A DNA stretch of 64,000 nucleotides from Candidatus Krumholzibacteriia bacterium. GTDB taxonomy: Bacteria; Krumholzibacteriota; Krumholzibacteriia; JAJRXK01. The notes beneath the pieces were generated by a model. It had not been told where the DNA came from. It ran no database searches and saw only the letters and a program-made list of their open reading frames with translations. Position numbers and translations under genes: made by a program. Location: assembly GCA_041484665.1 (NCBI GenBank), contig JBGPIA010000002.1:416001-480000 (forward strand). Direction: 5' to 3'. The first letter of the stretch is position 1; each line of letters opens with the position of its first letter. Of this stretch, positions 14,569 to 27,309 are shown piece after piece.

Positions 14569-15726
14569 TCAGCGCGTCCTCGACCACATGAGCAGGATCA
14601 AGAGGCCTACGCCCGCCAGGACGAGCAGCGCGCGCAGCGGCGCCGGCAGCTGGCCGAAGGCGCCACCGACTCCCGTTCTGCGCATGGGCGGGACGCCCGC
14701 CGTGACCGCCTCCCGCGCCGCCACGAGCGCCTCCAGCATCTCCTGGGCTTCGGCGTAGCGCTGCGCCGGATCGAGACTGATCGCCCGGTCGATCACCGAC
14801 GTGAACACCTCCGGCAGCTCCGGGCGCAGCTGACCCAGCCGCGTGGACTCGCCCCTGGCGTGCGCCTCGCGCAACTGGCGGACCATGGGACCCTTCACCG
14901 GGAAATTGCCCGTCACGCAATTGAAGAGCAAGACGCCCAGCGAGTAGATGTCCGTGCACGGTGAAGGCTCCCCGCCGCACAGCAGCTCGGGCGCCATGTA
15001 TTGCGGCGCGCCGGACAACGCGATCTCCCGGTCGGTGCGCCCCGGCCCGCCCTGCGGCGCGGTGCTGACGTCCATGAGCACCGCGCGCCCCTGCGGCTGC
15101 AGCATGACGTTGCGTGTCTTGACGTCCTTGTGCACCAGCCCCGCCGCGTGCACGGCCGTCAGCGCCGAGCACGCGTCGATGCCCACCTGCAGCGTCCCCA
15201 TCACGCCGAGCGACCCCTTGTCGCGCAGCTGCTCGGCGAGGCTGCGCCCCTCGACCACCTCCATGAGCAGGCCCACGCGGCCCTGATGCTCCTCGACGCC
15301 CAGCACGGGCAGCAGACACGGATGCACAAGCCCGGCCAGCCGTGGACCCAACGCTCGTGCAGCCTCGGCGCGGGCCTGCGCGAGCTGGCTCCCGGCGACC
15401 GACGCGCTGCGCAACAGCTTGAGCACGACCACGCGGTCGGCGCGCGAGTCATGCGCGAACCACACCACCCCAGCCGGACCCTCCCCGATCTCCTCCACCA
15501 GCGAGAACGGGCCCCAGCGCTTGAGGCCCTTCTCATCGGCGGAGGCGGTGTGCGCCGACCCCTCCCGGCGCTGGCGCGCGGCGGCGCGGCGGGTGCGCAG
15601 CTTCGCTTCGAACTCTGGGTCCAGCGCGATATAGGCGGGCTCGTCGCCGAGCGCGGGAGGGTCGGCCCCCGGGTCGGCTGCCGCCGGCGGCTGCGAGATG
15701 CGCGGGCTCGGCTGGTCGTCCTGCAC
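14569..15726 (-). CDS. Hanks-type Ser/Thr protein kinase with C-terminal membrane anchor
   Basis: IGEGPAGVV, VVLK, HKDVKTRNVM, YMAPE, DIYSLG; terminal TM helix; GTG start with GAGGT RBS. Confidence 0.85.
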   Translation of the reverse strand: MQDDQPSPRISQPPAAADPGADPPALGDEPAYIALDPEFEAKLRTRRAAARQRREGSAHTASADEKGLKRWGPFSLVEEIGEGPAGVVWFAHDSRADRVVVLKLLRSASVAGSQLAQARAEAARALGPRLAGLVHPCLLPVLGVEEHQGRVGLLMEVVEGRSLAEQLRDKGSLGVMGTLQVGIDACSALTAVHAAGLVHKDVKTRNVMLQPQGRAVLMDVSTAPQGGPGRTDREIALSGAPQYMAPELLCGGEPSPCTDIYSLGVLLFNCVTGNFPVKGPMVRQLREAHARGESTRLGQLRPELPEVFTSVIDRAISLDPAQRYAEAQEMLEALVAAREAVTAGVPPMRRTGVGGAFGQLPAPLRALLVLAGVGLLILLMWSRTR

Positions 15727-15734
15727 GGCCGACC

Positions 15735-18647
<2,913 letters not shown>

Positions 18648-18865
18648 GGGAGAACGATCCTCACGGAAATGGACTGCGCGGGCAGCGGTCACGGGGGACC
18701 CGAACGAGCCCGAGGAACGCGGCGTCGCCATGCGGCGCCTGGCCGATGGGTGCCGTGCCGCCACGGGGCTGCCCATAGTAACGGACATTCCAGGCCCCGG
18801 GCCAAGGCGAACTTGCGCACCGCAGAGCACGGCCAAAGTCTACGTGCAATGCCCTTTCCCGACGC

Positions 18866-20848
18866 TCAGAAGTCCTGGGTCAGCGCGATGTGTGCCTTAC
18901 CCGTATCGAAGCTGACGCTGCCGCTGAAACCCACGCTCAGGTCGATGCGACCCGCGCGGCTGGTCACGCGCATGCCCAGGCCGAACCCATGCAGCCAGCG
19001 GTCGCGGGTGAAGAGCCCCGCCGGGACTGCGTCGGCCGTCTCGCGCACCCACCCCAGGTCGTAGAACGCATACCCCTGGCTGCCCCGTACGGCGCCGACC
19101 ACCAGCTCGCCCCCCCCGTACGCCACGCGCTCGCCGTGGAACTGCTCCTCGCGATAGCCGCGCACGGTCGTGGCTCCTCCCACATACCATTGCTCGCTGG
19201 GCGGCAGCGGTAGCCGCTCCCCCGCCGTCGACTGCCACGTGCCGCGCGCCTCGAGCGCCCAGCGCGCCGCCAGCGCGTAGCCCAGCGAGGCGCGAGCGTC
19301 GACCATCGTCTGCGACTCGCTGAACGCGCTGGTGGGCGCGCTGGGATCCAACGGTGCGGAGCTGGCGCTCTCACGCACGCGTGCCCCCTCCAAGCGCGTG
19401 GACAGCGATCCGTAGGCGCCGCCGGCGGGGCCGCGGCGGCCGGTAAGCCCCACCAGAGCGTTGAGGCGCTGGCGCGAGCGCGTGCGGGCTCCAGCCCCCT
19501 CGAAGGTCGTGCGGTCCGCACCCGCTCCCAACTCCAGGTTGAGACGCCCCGTCCAGGGCAGGCGCAGACCCAGGTCTCCCAGCACGGTGTCGAAGACGTT
19601 CTGCTGGTGACGCTGCCCGATCGCCATGCGCAGGTCCAGGGGCATTCCCAAGAGCAGCGGCTCCAGATACGAGATGTCCAGCCGACGGCGGCCCGCAGCA
19701 TTGTCGAGCCAGCTGGTGCGCAGCTGGCGGGCGGTGCCAAAGAGATCCAGCAGGGCGAGGTCGACCGAGCCGGTGAGCTTGGTGCCGGCCTGCTGCGCCT
19801 CGCGCACGAGCCCCAAAGCCGCGGAGACGCGCCCCGTGGTGGGCGCCTGCTGCACGCGCACGCGCAGATCCACCTGCGCGCCGGCGCCGTCGTGCGCGAC
19901 GGGCGCAATCTCATCGACGGCGACGACCACCTCGCGCGCGAGGAGCCGTCCGGCCGCAGCCTCAAGCATGGACTCGCGGAAGCGCCCGCCCGGCTTGATC
20001 CCCGTCATGCGCTGCAGCACATCCGGGCGGGTGTGTGTGGCTCCCAGCACCGTGACGCTCGAGACCGCGGCCGAGGGTCCGCAGTACAGCCAGAGCGTGA
20101 GCGACACCGCCCCGGCGCGCTCGTCGCTGGCCAGATCGCGGATCGACACGTTGGCGAACGGATGTCCGCGCTCGGCCAGCGCACGCAAGCCGCGGGCGAG
20201 CTGCTCGGCCCAGCGGCCTGGACGAAAGTCCACGCCCGCCATGAGCTCGGCGCCGCGGACGAAGTCGCGCGCAAGCAGGCTGTCGGCGCCTTCGACGTGC
20301 AGCGCGGCGATCCGCGCGCGGGGGCCCGGCTCCAGGCGCAGCGTGTCTCCCTGCGCCGCAACGCCGACGCGCGCCCAGAGATAACCCGCCTCCCGCAGCC
20401 CGGCGTAGACCGCGCGGGCCGCGTCCTCAGAGGAGGCCGCGCGGGCGAGACTCCCCGCCGGCTGCGCGGACAGAGCCTGCTTGGCGATCGCGACCGCCTC
20501 GGGCGGTCCCAGCAAGTGCGCGATCCACTGCGTAGGCCGCGCCAAGGCCGCCTGAGGCGATGCCAGAGGCGCCGGCGTGGTGGTCGCGCCCGGCGTCGAC
20601 GTCGCGAGCGGGGCGGCCTCCGCCCCTGGGGTGGTTGCTGCGGGCGCCATGGCAGCCACGAGAGACGGCGCGAGCAGCGCCGCGCAGAGGCCCAACCCCG
20701 CACTCAGGGCAACGGCGAGCGGGCCGACCGCGCCCACGCCGGCGCGGCCCGCGGCGACCCGCTGGCGCCGGGCGCGCAACGGTGGTGTGCGGCGCGGCGT
20801 TGGCGCGGCGGCCGTGGGTCCGCACAGGGGCACGCTAAGGCGGTGCAT
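18866..20848 (-). CDS. Omp85 (BamA/TamA-like) outer-membrane protein with POTRA domains
   Basis: POTRA-like segments (YAGLREAGYLWARV, LAERGHPFANV, VTVLGATHTRPDVL), loop-6 motif GGATTVRGY, HGFGLGMR, terminal Phe (ALTQDF); AGGAGAGG RBS. Confidence 0.85.
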   Translation of the reverse strand: MHRLSVPLCGPTAAAPTPRRTPPLRARRQRVAAGRAGVGAVGPLAVALSAGLGLCAALLAPSLVAAMAPAATTPGAEAAPLATSTPGATTTPAPLASPQAALARPTQWIAHLLGPPEAVAIAKQALSAQPAGSLARAASSEDAARAVYAGLREAGYLWARVGVAAQGDTLRLEPGPRARIAALHVEGADSLLARDFVRGAELMAGVDFRPGRWAEQLARGLRALAERGHPFANVSIRDLASDERAGAVSLTLWLYCGPSAAVSSVTVLGATHTRPDVLQRMTGIKPGGRFRESMLEAAAGRLLAREVVVAVDEIAPVAHDGAGAQVDLRVRVQQAPTTGRVSAALGLVREAQQAGTKLTGSVDLALLDLFGTARQLRTSWLDNAAGRRRLDISYLEPLLLGMPLDLRMAIGQRHQQNVFDTVLGDLGLRLPWTGRLNLELGAGADRTTFEGAGARTRSRQRLNALVGLTGRRGPAGGAYGSLSTRLEGARVRESASSAPLDPSAPTSAFSESQTMVDARASLGYALAARWALEARGTWQSTAGERLPLPPSEQWYVGGATTVRGYREEQFHGERVAYGGGELVVGAVRGSQGYAFYDLGWVRETADAVPAGLFTRDRWLHGFGLGMRVTSRAGRIDLSVGFSGSVSFDTGKAHIALTQDF

Positions 20849-20859
20849 CGAACCTCTCC

Positions 20860-23800
20860 TCAGAAACGCGCCCGCGTCTCGACGGCGAGATCGTGGCGCA
20901 GCGGGCGCTGTGGCTCGTCGCGGACCTGGTAGCGCAGGCTGACGGTGATCAGTCCGCTGCCGCCCCACTGCGCGAGCAGGCTGGCGCGGCGAGACGGCCC
21001 CGGCCGATCGAAGAAGTACGGCCGCGGCTGCCCGTTGCCACCGCCCTCGTTGACGCTGGCCAGGCGCAGCTCGGCGGTCCATCGCCCATGCAGCAGATCG
21101 GTCGTGCCACCGGGAACCACCTCGAGCACGGTCTGGTGGAGCGCGCTGGCGTCGTCGGCGCGCCGCGTCGCGCGCAGCTCCAGGCTGGTGCGGGCGCGGG
21201 GCGTCGGCCGATAGCGCGTGGTCAGCCCGGCGGTGCGGTCGAGGACGTGGTAGCCCTGCGCCAGCGGATCGCCCACGATCCCCGTGTCGCGCGTGCGCAG
21301 CTCGTCGCCGGCGTCCAGGCGCAGCGACCAGCCGCGCGCCACCTCGCTCTCCAGCCGCGCGTTGCGCAGGCGGTGATCGGACGACTCGGGCGCGTTGGCG
21401 TAGCGGCGATCGAGCCGAACGCTGGTGTCGTAGATCAGCCCCAACTCCGCGTTGCGCAGCGACCGGAGCAGCACGAGCTCCTGGCGGAGGCGCTGCTCGC
21501 CGAAGATGGTGGTCCCCGCGTTACGCAGCACGCGCGGCCGCAGCAGCAATACGTCGCCTACATTGCCGCTGGTATTGCGCTCCTGCACCTGGAACAGCGT
21601 GTGGCTGGACAGCCCGCCCAGCACGCGCGCGGGCGGCGTGACGTCGAGCTTGGTGATGAGCTCGACGTCGGTCGCAGCCACGAGACTGTCCGATGGGAGG
21701 AAGACGACGTTGTAGTCTCCCTGCCGCTTGCCCACCGGGTTGCCCTCGGCGTCGTAGTCGCCCTGCTTCTCGCCCACGAAGACGATCTGCCGTTGCAGCG
21801 CGCGCGAGCGGTCGGTGCCCGCGCGGTACTCCAGATCGGCGCCGACCGAGGCATCGGACGGACGGCGTGAGGCGGTCAGTCGCCCCAGTCGCGTGGTCTC
21901 GCGCTGTCCGCCGGGCAGTCGCGCGTCGCGCCAGGTCCCCTCCAGCGTGATGCGCCCGGGCTGCGCGCCTCCGGTGAGGTCGCCGCGCCACTCGCGCACG
22001 TCGCCGGCGAACCGCCAGATCGCGCCCTCGGCGCCCAGGCTGTCCGCCAGCCGCCGCCGGAACTCGCCGCCGGCCGCCAGCGTCGCCTGCGCGCGCGTGC
22101 GCACGCCGGCCGCCCACTCGTCGAAGCGGTAGCCGCGCCGCTGGTTTGCGGGGCCGTCGGTGAAGTGCTGGTCCTTCCAGCGCAGGTGCGGGACCACAGG
22201 TGACGCCTCCCACGACAGCTGCGCGGCCCGGTCGCGCCGGAAGCTGTCGGGCTGGTCGGGACGCGACGCCGTCGTGAAGGAGAGCGCTTCGCTGAGCCCG
22301 AGCGGGCCCAGCAGCCTCCCCTGCGCCTCGTGGGCGATGCGTGCGCCGTCGTAGTTCCCGCTGCGGTGCAGCCGCTCCAGCGAGAGCGACCCGGTACGCT
22401 GCGGCGCCCGTGCCTCCAGCTGCAGCTGCTCGTGTCCCTCGCGCGTCAGGCGCGTCTCGCCTTGCAGATTCCACGGCTCGTAGAAGAAGGGACCCCGAAC
22501 GCGGCCAGTCTCGTAGAAGCGCCCGCCGATGGCCTCCGCCAGGGCGCTGGCGCGCACCCCCGTCCCCTCGCGCCCGCCCCACAGCCAGGGCGTGGCGCCC
22601 GCCGCCCGCCATGCCAGGTCGTCGTTGTTGCCGTCGCCGACGGGGCTGATCACGTTCTCATCGCGCTCGGTGGCGTTGAGCTCCAGGCGTGCCCACGAGC
22701 CGTGCCCCTGGTCGCCCACGTCCAGCGACGCCACCGCCGCGCGCGTGCGCGCTGGCAGCGGTAGCCTCCGGCCGACCACGTAGTCGCCCTGCGCGGCCCC
22801 AACGTGCTTGAACTCGCGCACGCCGGTCTCGCTGAGGCGGTCGAGGATGTAGTCGCCCTGCCCCGTGCCCACGCGCAGGAACGCGACACTGTAATGCCCG
22901 CCGATCGCCCCGACGAAGACGAAGATCGTGTCGCCCGGAGCCGTTGCGAGCTTGTCGTATTGCCCGGTGGAGTCGGTGGCGGCGGTCACACCGTTGCCCA
23001 CGGCGAGCGCCGGGTCATCGCCCGCCGCCGTCAGCCGCGCGCGGTCCTGCTCGCTCAGCTCCCCCTGGCTCGGGCGGTCGGGGTCGTCGCCCTCGCTGAG
23101 CCAGCCCAGGCGCAGGCGCGCGATTCCCAAGCGCACCGAGTCGGCGATCGCCGCCACCACCTGGCGGGAGTAGCCCGTACGGCTGGTCTCGAAATCGATG
23201 GCGATGAGGCTTTCGGGGCCGATCGGGCGGCGCTCGGTGAAGCTGATCGTCCCCCGCACGTAGTCGATGCTGTAGTCGTTGGTCTCACCGCGGCGCATCA
23301 GCTCGCCTGCGACCCACACGCGCTCGCTGCCGGCAATGATGAAGCTCTCGTCCTGGCGTTGCGGATCGAGGAGCTCGTAGGGGCCCTGGACGCCTTCACG
23401 GCCGCGCAGCTCCACCTGCGCGCGCGTTCCGCGCGGCGACCCGCCCAGGAGCGCCGCGCTGCCGCGCCCGCTGCGGCCGCGCAGGGCCAGCCCCTGGAGC
23501 TTGCGCTGGTACGGCAGGAATGCCCCCAACGGTTGGTCGATCGCGAAATCGCCCAGCAGCGCTCCGCCGCGGCGCCCGTACAGCTCGATGCGCACCTGGT
23601 CGAGGTCCCTGAGCTCCTCGGTGTTGCCCTCAGGCGTGATGGGAAGGTTCTGGTCGCTGATCTCCGCGCGCAGCCAGATTCCCTCGGCGATCCGCCCGGT
23701 CGCCGACAGCTGCAGCGCCTGGTCCACGGTGGCATCGCGGTTGGTGCCGCCCTGGACCGACACGGTCTTGCTGCCGCGCACGACCAGGTCGTCCTGCTCG

Positions 23801-24456
23801 GGTCCCGCGCCGGCCGGCGGCTGCGCCCGCGCGCTCTCGCCGCGCGCGCCCGGCACGGCGGCGGACGGCTGCACCGTAGCCAGGGCCGGCTGTCGCGGCC
23901 GCGGCTCGTGAAGGCGTGCCTCGTGCGCCGCGCTGGCTTGGTCGTAGTGATAGCGCACCACGAGCACCTCGCCGCCGGAAGCGGGCTGGGGCAGCGCGAG
24001 CAGGCCGCGCGAGCGGTCCAGGACGACGTCGACCCCCTCCTTCAACTCAACGCCGCTCAGCTTGATCGTGATGGGATCACGCAGGAATGGATGGCTGAGG
24101 TCGATGCGGAACTGACCGGGCACGAGCACCAGGCTGTCGCGGGCCGCGGCGAGCTGCGCGCTGTCGAGCCAGCGCACCGCCGGCGTTGCGACGGGCGCGG
24201 CAACGCGCGGGGGCGCTGCCGCCGTGGAATCGGTTGGCGCGGCGGGCGGCGCAGATGCCGAGGTCGTGGAGTCGGCGGGAGCGGCGACCGCTGCGGGTGC
24301 CGAACTGGCCGAGTCGGCGCCCGCGGCGGCGCTGCCGGCCGCCCTTGCCGCCACGACGTCGCCGTCGGCCGACCGAGCGTCGCAGCACGGCGCGACCGCC
24401 AGCGCGCAGGCCGTGGCCGTGGTGGCGATTCCAGCAACCAGCGGGAGCCGGAGCAA
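20860..24456 (-). CDS. Large (~1200 aa) outer-membrane beta-barrel protein with SprA/Sov-like motifs
   Basis: Signal peptide, Ala/Pro linker, repeated module (IKLSGVELKEGVDVVLDRSRG; GSERVWVAGELMRRGETNDYSIDYVRGTISF), amphipathic strands, terminal Phe. SprA resemblance is from recall only. Confidence 0.6.
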   Translation of the reverse strand: MLRLPLVAGIATTATACALAVAPCCDARSADGDVVAARAAGSAAAGADSASSAPAAVAAPADSTTSASAPPAAPTDSTAAAPPRVAAPVATPAVRWLDSAQLAAARDSLVLVPGQFRIDLSHPFLRDPITIKLSGVELKEGVDVVLDRSRGLLALPQPASGGEVLVVRYHYDQASAAHEARLHEPRPRQPALATVQPSAAVPGARGESARAQPPAGAGPEQDDLVVRGSKTVSVQGGTNRDATVDQALQLSATGRIAEGIWLRAEISDQNLPITPEGNTEELRDLDQVRIELYGRRGGALLGDFAIDQPLGAFLPYQRKLQGLALRGRSGRGSAALLGGSPRGTRAQVELRGREGVQGPYELLDPQRQDESFIIAGSERVWVAGELMRRGETNDYSIDYVRGTISFTERRPIGPESLIAIDFETSRTGYSRQVVAAIADSVRLGIARLRLGWLSEGDDPDRPSQGELSEQDRARLTAAGDDPALAVGNGVTAATDSTGQYDKLATAPGDTIFVFVGAIGGHYSVAFLRVGTGQGDYILDRLSETGVREFKHVGAAQGDYVVGRRLPLPARTRAAVASLDVGDQGHGSWARLELNATERDENVISPVGDGNNDDLAWRAAGATPWLWGGREGTGVRASALAEAIGGRFYETGRVRGPFFYEPWNLQGETRLTREGHEQLQLEARAPQRTGSLSLERLHRSGNYDGARIAHEAQGRLLGPLGLSEALSFTTASRPDQPDSFRRDRAAQLSWEASPVVPHLRWKDQHFTDGPANQRRGYRFDEWAAGVRTRAQATLAAGGEFRRRLADSLGAEGAIWRFAGDVREWRGDLTGGAQPGRITLEGTWRDARLPGGQRETTRLGRLTASRRPSDASVGADLEYRAGTDRSRALQRQIVFVGEKQGDYDAEGNPVGKRQGDYNVVFLPSDSLVAATDVELITKLDVTPPARVLGGLSSHTLFQVQERNTSGNVGDVLLLRPRVLRNAGTTIFGEQRLRQELVLLRSLRNAELGLIYDTSVRLDRRYANAPESSDHRLRNARLESEVARGWSLRLDAGDELRTRDTGIVGDPLAQGYHVLDRTAGLTTRYRPTPRARTSLELRATRRADDASALHQTVLEVVPGGTTDLLHGRWTAELRLASVNEGGGNGQPRPYFFDRPGPSRRASLLAQWGGSGLITVSLRYQVRDEPQRPLRHDLAVETRARF

Positions 24457-24470
24457 CGCGCTCTCCCGGC

Positions 24471-25448
24471 TCAGGGGAATGCGATGTCGTAGACCAGCAG
24501 CGCGCTACGGCCGGCGTCGACGACGTACAGACGGTCGTTGGCTCCGACCGCGCAGTCGACGGGCCGCTGCATGTGGTCCGGCGCGAACTCGTCCCCCCCG
24601 ACGGTCATCAACGGGTAGAGGTCCGGTGCCAGCACGAATACCTTCCCCGTTCCGGTGTCGGTCACGTAGACGTTGCCGAAGCGATCGGTGTCCAGCCCCG
24701 AAGGGGCGATCAGGAGCGCGTCGGGCGCGTCCACGCCCGGCGTGGCCGCCAGCGGCTGCCCGGTACGATCGAAAGCCTGCACGCGCCGGTTGCCGCGATC
24801 GCTCACGTACAGGACGCCGCCGGAGCCGAAGGCCACGCCGCGCGGCTCCTTGAACTGACCCGGGAAGCTCCCGTACTCGCCCACGACCGTCTCCAGCTGC
24901 AGGAACGAGCTGGTCACGAGCACCCGGTGCCCGTCCTCGTCGGCCACGGCCACGCGCCCATCGCGGTCGATGGCCAGCGCCGAAGGCCGCACGGTCTCGA
25001 AGCCGGAAATCGTCGAGAGGTCCAAGAAGACGTCGCGGTACGCGCCGCGCGCCTCGTAGCGCAGGATCGTGCGCCGGTTCGCGTCCAGCACGTAGAACAG
25101 GAAGCCGTGGACGGCCACATCCAGCGGAGCCAGCCCTCCGCCGAACGGATCGTCGGCGGTGGCCACGTATTCGCCCTGCTTGTCGAACACGTGCAGGCGT
25201 CCGCCCCCATAGTCCGCCAGGAAGAACTCACCGCCGGGAAGCACCGCGACCGCCGCCGGGCGCACTAGGGGCGCCCATGCCTCGGTCTTACGGTTCTCGT
25301 AGATGGCCGAGAACACGATCGAGCGGGGAGCCGGCGCGTCCAGGGCCGCCACCCCGCGCACGGGGGGCGGCAGCGGCGAGGGCCCGCACCCCGGAAGGAG
25401 CGCGGCCAGCGCGGCGGCCAGGAGGATGCAGGCCGGGCGGCGCGGCAT
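24471..25448 (-). CDS. NHL-repeat beta-propeller lipoprotein
   Basis: Lipobox LPGC; NHL repeats such as FKEPRGVAFGSGGVLYVSDRGNRRVQAFD; AGGAGG RBS. Confidence 0.85.
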   Translation of the reverse strand: MPRRPACILLAAALAALLPGCGPSPLPPPVRGVAALDAPAPRSIVFSAIYENRKTEAWAPLVRPAAVAVLPGGEFFLADYGGGRLHVFDKQGEYVATADDPFGGGLAPLDVAVHGFLFYVLDANRRTILRYEARGAYRDVFLDLSTISGFETVRPSALAIDRDGRVAVADEDGHRVLVTSSFLQLETVVGEYGSFPGQFKEPRGVAFGSGGVLYVSDRGNRRVQAFDRTGQPLAATPGVDAPDALLIAPSGLDTDRFGNVYVTDTGTGKVFVLAPDLYPLMTVGGDEFAPDHMQRPVDCAVGANDRLYVVDAGRSALLVYDIAFP

Positions 25449-25456
25449 CCGCCCTC

Positions 25457-26323
25457 CTAGAACTGGCGCTGCAGCGAGAGGGTCGCGGAGCTCCCGCGCA
25501 AGGACGGCTTGACCGTGAACTTCAGATCCATACCCGCCACCGACGTCTCCATGCGAGTCTTCTGCGCCACCCCGCTGCGGACCGCGTCGACGAAGGCCGC
25601 GGCGTGGTTGACCAGCGCCAGCAGTGTGACCAGCTTCGCGTTGTCGAAGGCGGAATTGCTGTCCTTGCGCTGCCCCTGGTAGTTGTCGAAGACGCGCTCG
25701 TTCTGCCAACGCCAACCATCCTGGGCCGGGAGTGCGGGGCCGGGCGGCTCCACGCCCGCGCGCAGCGCGCGCCGCACCTGCTCGTTGTACTCGTCGCTGC
25801 TGCGATAGCTCGCCACCGCGCGCCAGTAGTCGTCGTTGCGATCGGTCCCCTGCACGCCGGCGAACTGCACGGCGTAGTCCTCGTAGGCGTTGCGGCGCGA
25901 GTGCCCCTGTACGTCGAACACCAGGTAGCTCGTCCACACCGCCGCCTCGATCCCCGCGAAGATCGCCCCGCGCGTGGTGTGCCCCGAGCGGAACTGCCCC
26001 AAGCCGGGCACCAGGAGCGACAGGAAGCCGTTCTGGAGCCGCTGCGACTTGTCGCTGGACAGCGCGGCGGTGGGCTCCATCGCCGCCTCCATGCGATCCA
26101 CTTCCAGGGCGCTGGCGCGGCGCAACAGGATCTCCATGCGCAGATCCCCCTCGGGCTCGGGCGGCGCTGGGGCGCCGTCACCCGCGGTCAACGGCAGCGT
26201 TTGCGCGCGGGCGGCGTGCGGTACCGCTGGCGGTACGGCGGTCAGGGACGCAACCAGCAGCGGCAAGGCGAGACCCCTGGCACGCGGGCGGGAGACCCGG
26301 AGCATGGCGAAGAGTCGTCGCAT
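25457..26323 (-). CDS. Hypothetical exported/membrane protein (DUF5683-like), paralog B
   Basis: Signal peptide; SLLVPGLGQ motif; terminal Phe; TGATG coupling to the upstream paralog. Confidence 0.65.
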   Translation of the reverse strand: MRRLFAMLRVSRPRARGLALPLLVASLTAVPPAVPHAARAQTLPLTAGDGAPAPPEPEGDLRMEILLRRASALEVDRMEAAMEPTAALSSDKSQRLQNGFLSLLVPGLGQFRSGHTTRGAIFAGIEAAVWTSYLVFDVQGHSRRNAYEDYAVQFAGVQGTDRNDDYWRAVASYRSSDEYNEQVRRALRAGVEPPGPALPAQDGWRWQNERVFDNYQGQRKDSNSAFDNAKLVTLLALVNHAAAFVDAVRSGVAQKTRMETSVAGMDLKFTVKPSLRGSSATLSLQRQF

Positions 26324-27309
26324 CAGTAGGTCAACCTCACTCCCAGGCGCGTCTCGGTCAAGCCGCGTGGGTCCAGGACCAACGAAACCTGTGGGCCGCC
26401 CGAGCCCGCGCCGGTCGCGAGCGCCGCGCCGGCGGATCCGCCCGTAGCCTCTGACGGGGCCTTGTTCTTGTAGTGGCCGCCGATGAACCCCTCGAGGTAC
26501 GCCACGTCCAGCACGCTCAGCACGCGGGTGATCACGTTCAAGGTAAGGAACTTGTCGCGATTGGAGAAGGCATGGTTGCTGTCGCCGCGCATGTTCACGT
26601 AGGTCGTTCGATTGGGCGTGCTGAAGTCGGGGTTGGCGGTATCCAGGGGTGCGCCTCCAAAGCGATAGTAGCCATCATCCCAACCCCAGTAGAACACGTC
26701 CCATTTCCCCAGGTTCTCGTACCACTCGCGCGCATCCTTCTCCTTGCTGACATAGAGCGGGACTTGCTCCTTGGTCGTGCCCTGCCCGTAGACCCCGCCG
26801 AAGTAGTTGTGCAATTCGCCGGAGTTGAGCGCCGATTCCCACCAGAACTCGCTCCAGTGCGCGTCGGCGAACTGCTTGTAATCGTCCTCGATGTTCTTAC
26901 CCTTGTCGGAGTAGTGCTTGACCGCGAACCAGCTCGCCGCGTCTACGGCGATGAAGGCATAGCCGCGCTTATGACCGGTGATCGCCTCGCCCAGGCCGGG
27001 CAGCACGGCCGAGGCCGCAATCGGCCACCAGCGGTGCGGGGCGCGGGCAGCCTCGGTTTCCAGATCGGCGGGCGGCGCCGGCGGCGTCTCGGTCTGCAGC
27101 GCAACGGCAATCTGCTCCCGCGTCAGCAGCAGCCGGGCGCTGCCGCGGCGCCCAGCAGACGCGCTTTGCAGCAAATCCTTCTGCCACGGCGCTTGAGCCG
27201 GCGAAGCCTCGTGCTCTGCGCGCGCGGGCTTTGGACCGAGCAGCGCGCCGGCCTGGAGCATGACCTGTAGGGCGATCCCACCCACCAGGGCAACGCGACG
27301 TCGACTCAT
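26323..27309 (-). CDS. Hypothetical exported/membrane protein (DUF5683-like), paralog A
   Basis: Signal peptide; SAVLPGLGE motif; terminal Tyr. Confidence 0.65.
   Translation of the reverse strand: MSRRRVALVGGIALQVMLQAGALLGPKPARAEHEASPAQAPWQKDLLQSASAGRRGSARLLLTREQIAVALQTETPPAPPADLETEAARAPHRWWPIAASAVLPGLGEAITGHKRGYAFIAVDAASWFAVKHYSDKGKNIEDDYKQFADAHWSEFWWESALNSGELHNYFGGVYGQGTTKEQVPLYVSKEKDAREWYENLGKWDVFYWGWDDGYYRFGGAPLDTANPDFSTPNRTTYVNMRGDSNHAFSNRDKFLTLNVITRVLSVLDVAYLEGFIGGHYKNKAPSEATGGSAGAALATGAGSGGPQVSLVLDPRGLTETRLGVRLTY

Noticed and set aside
18648..18865. Glycine riboswitch upstream of gcvP
   Set aside because: The conserved GGAGA, CCGAAG and CTCTCAGG elements are absent; only a weak TTGGCC-N19-TACTAT promoter candidate was seen.
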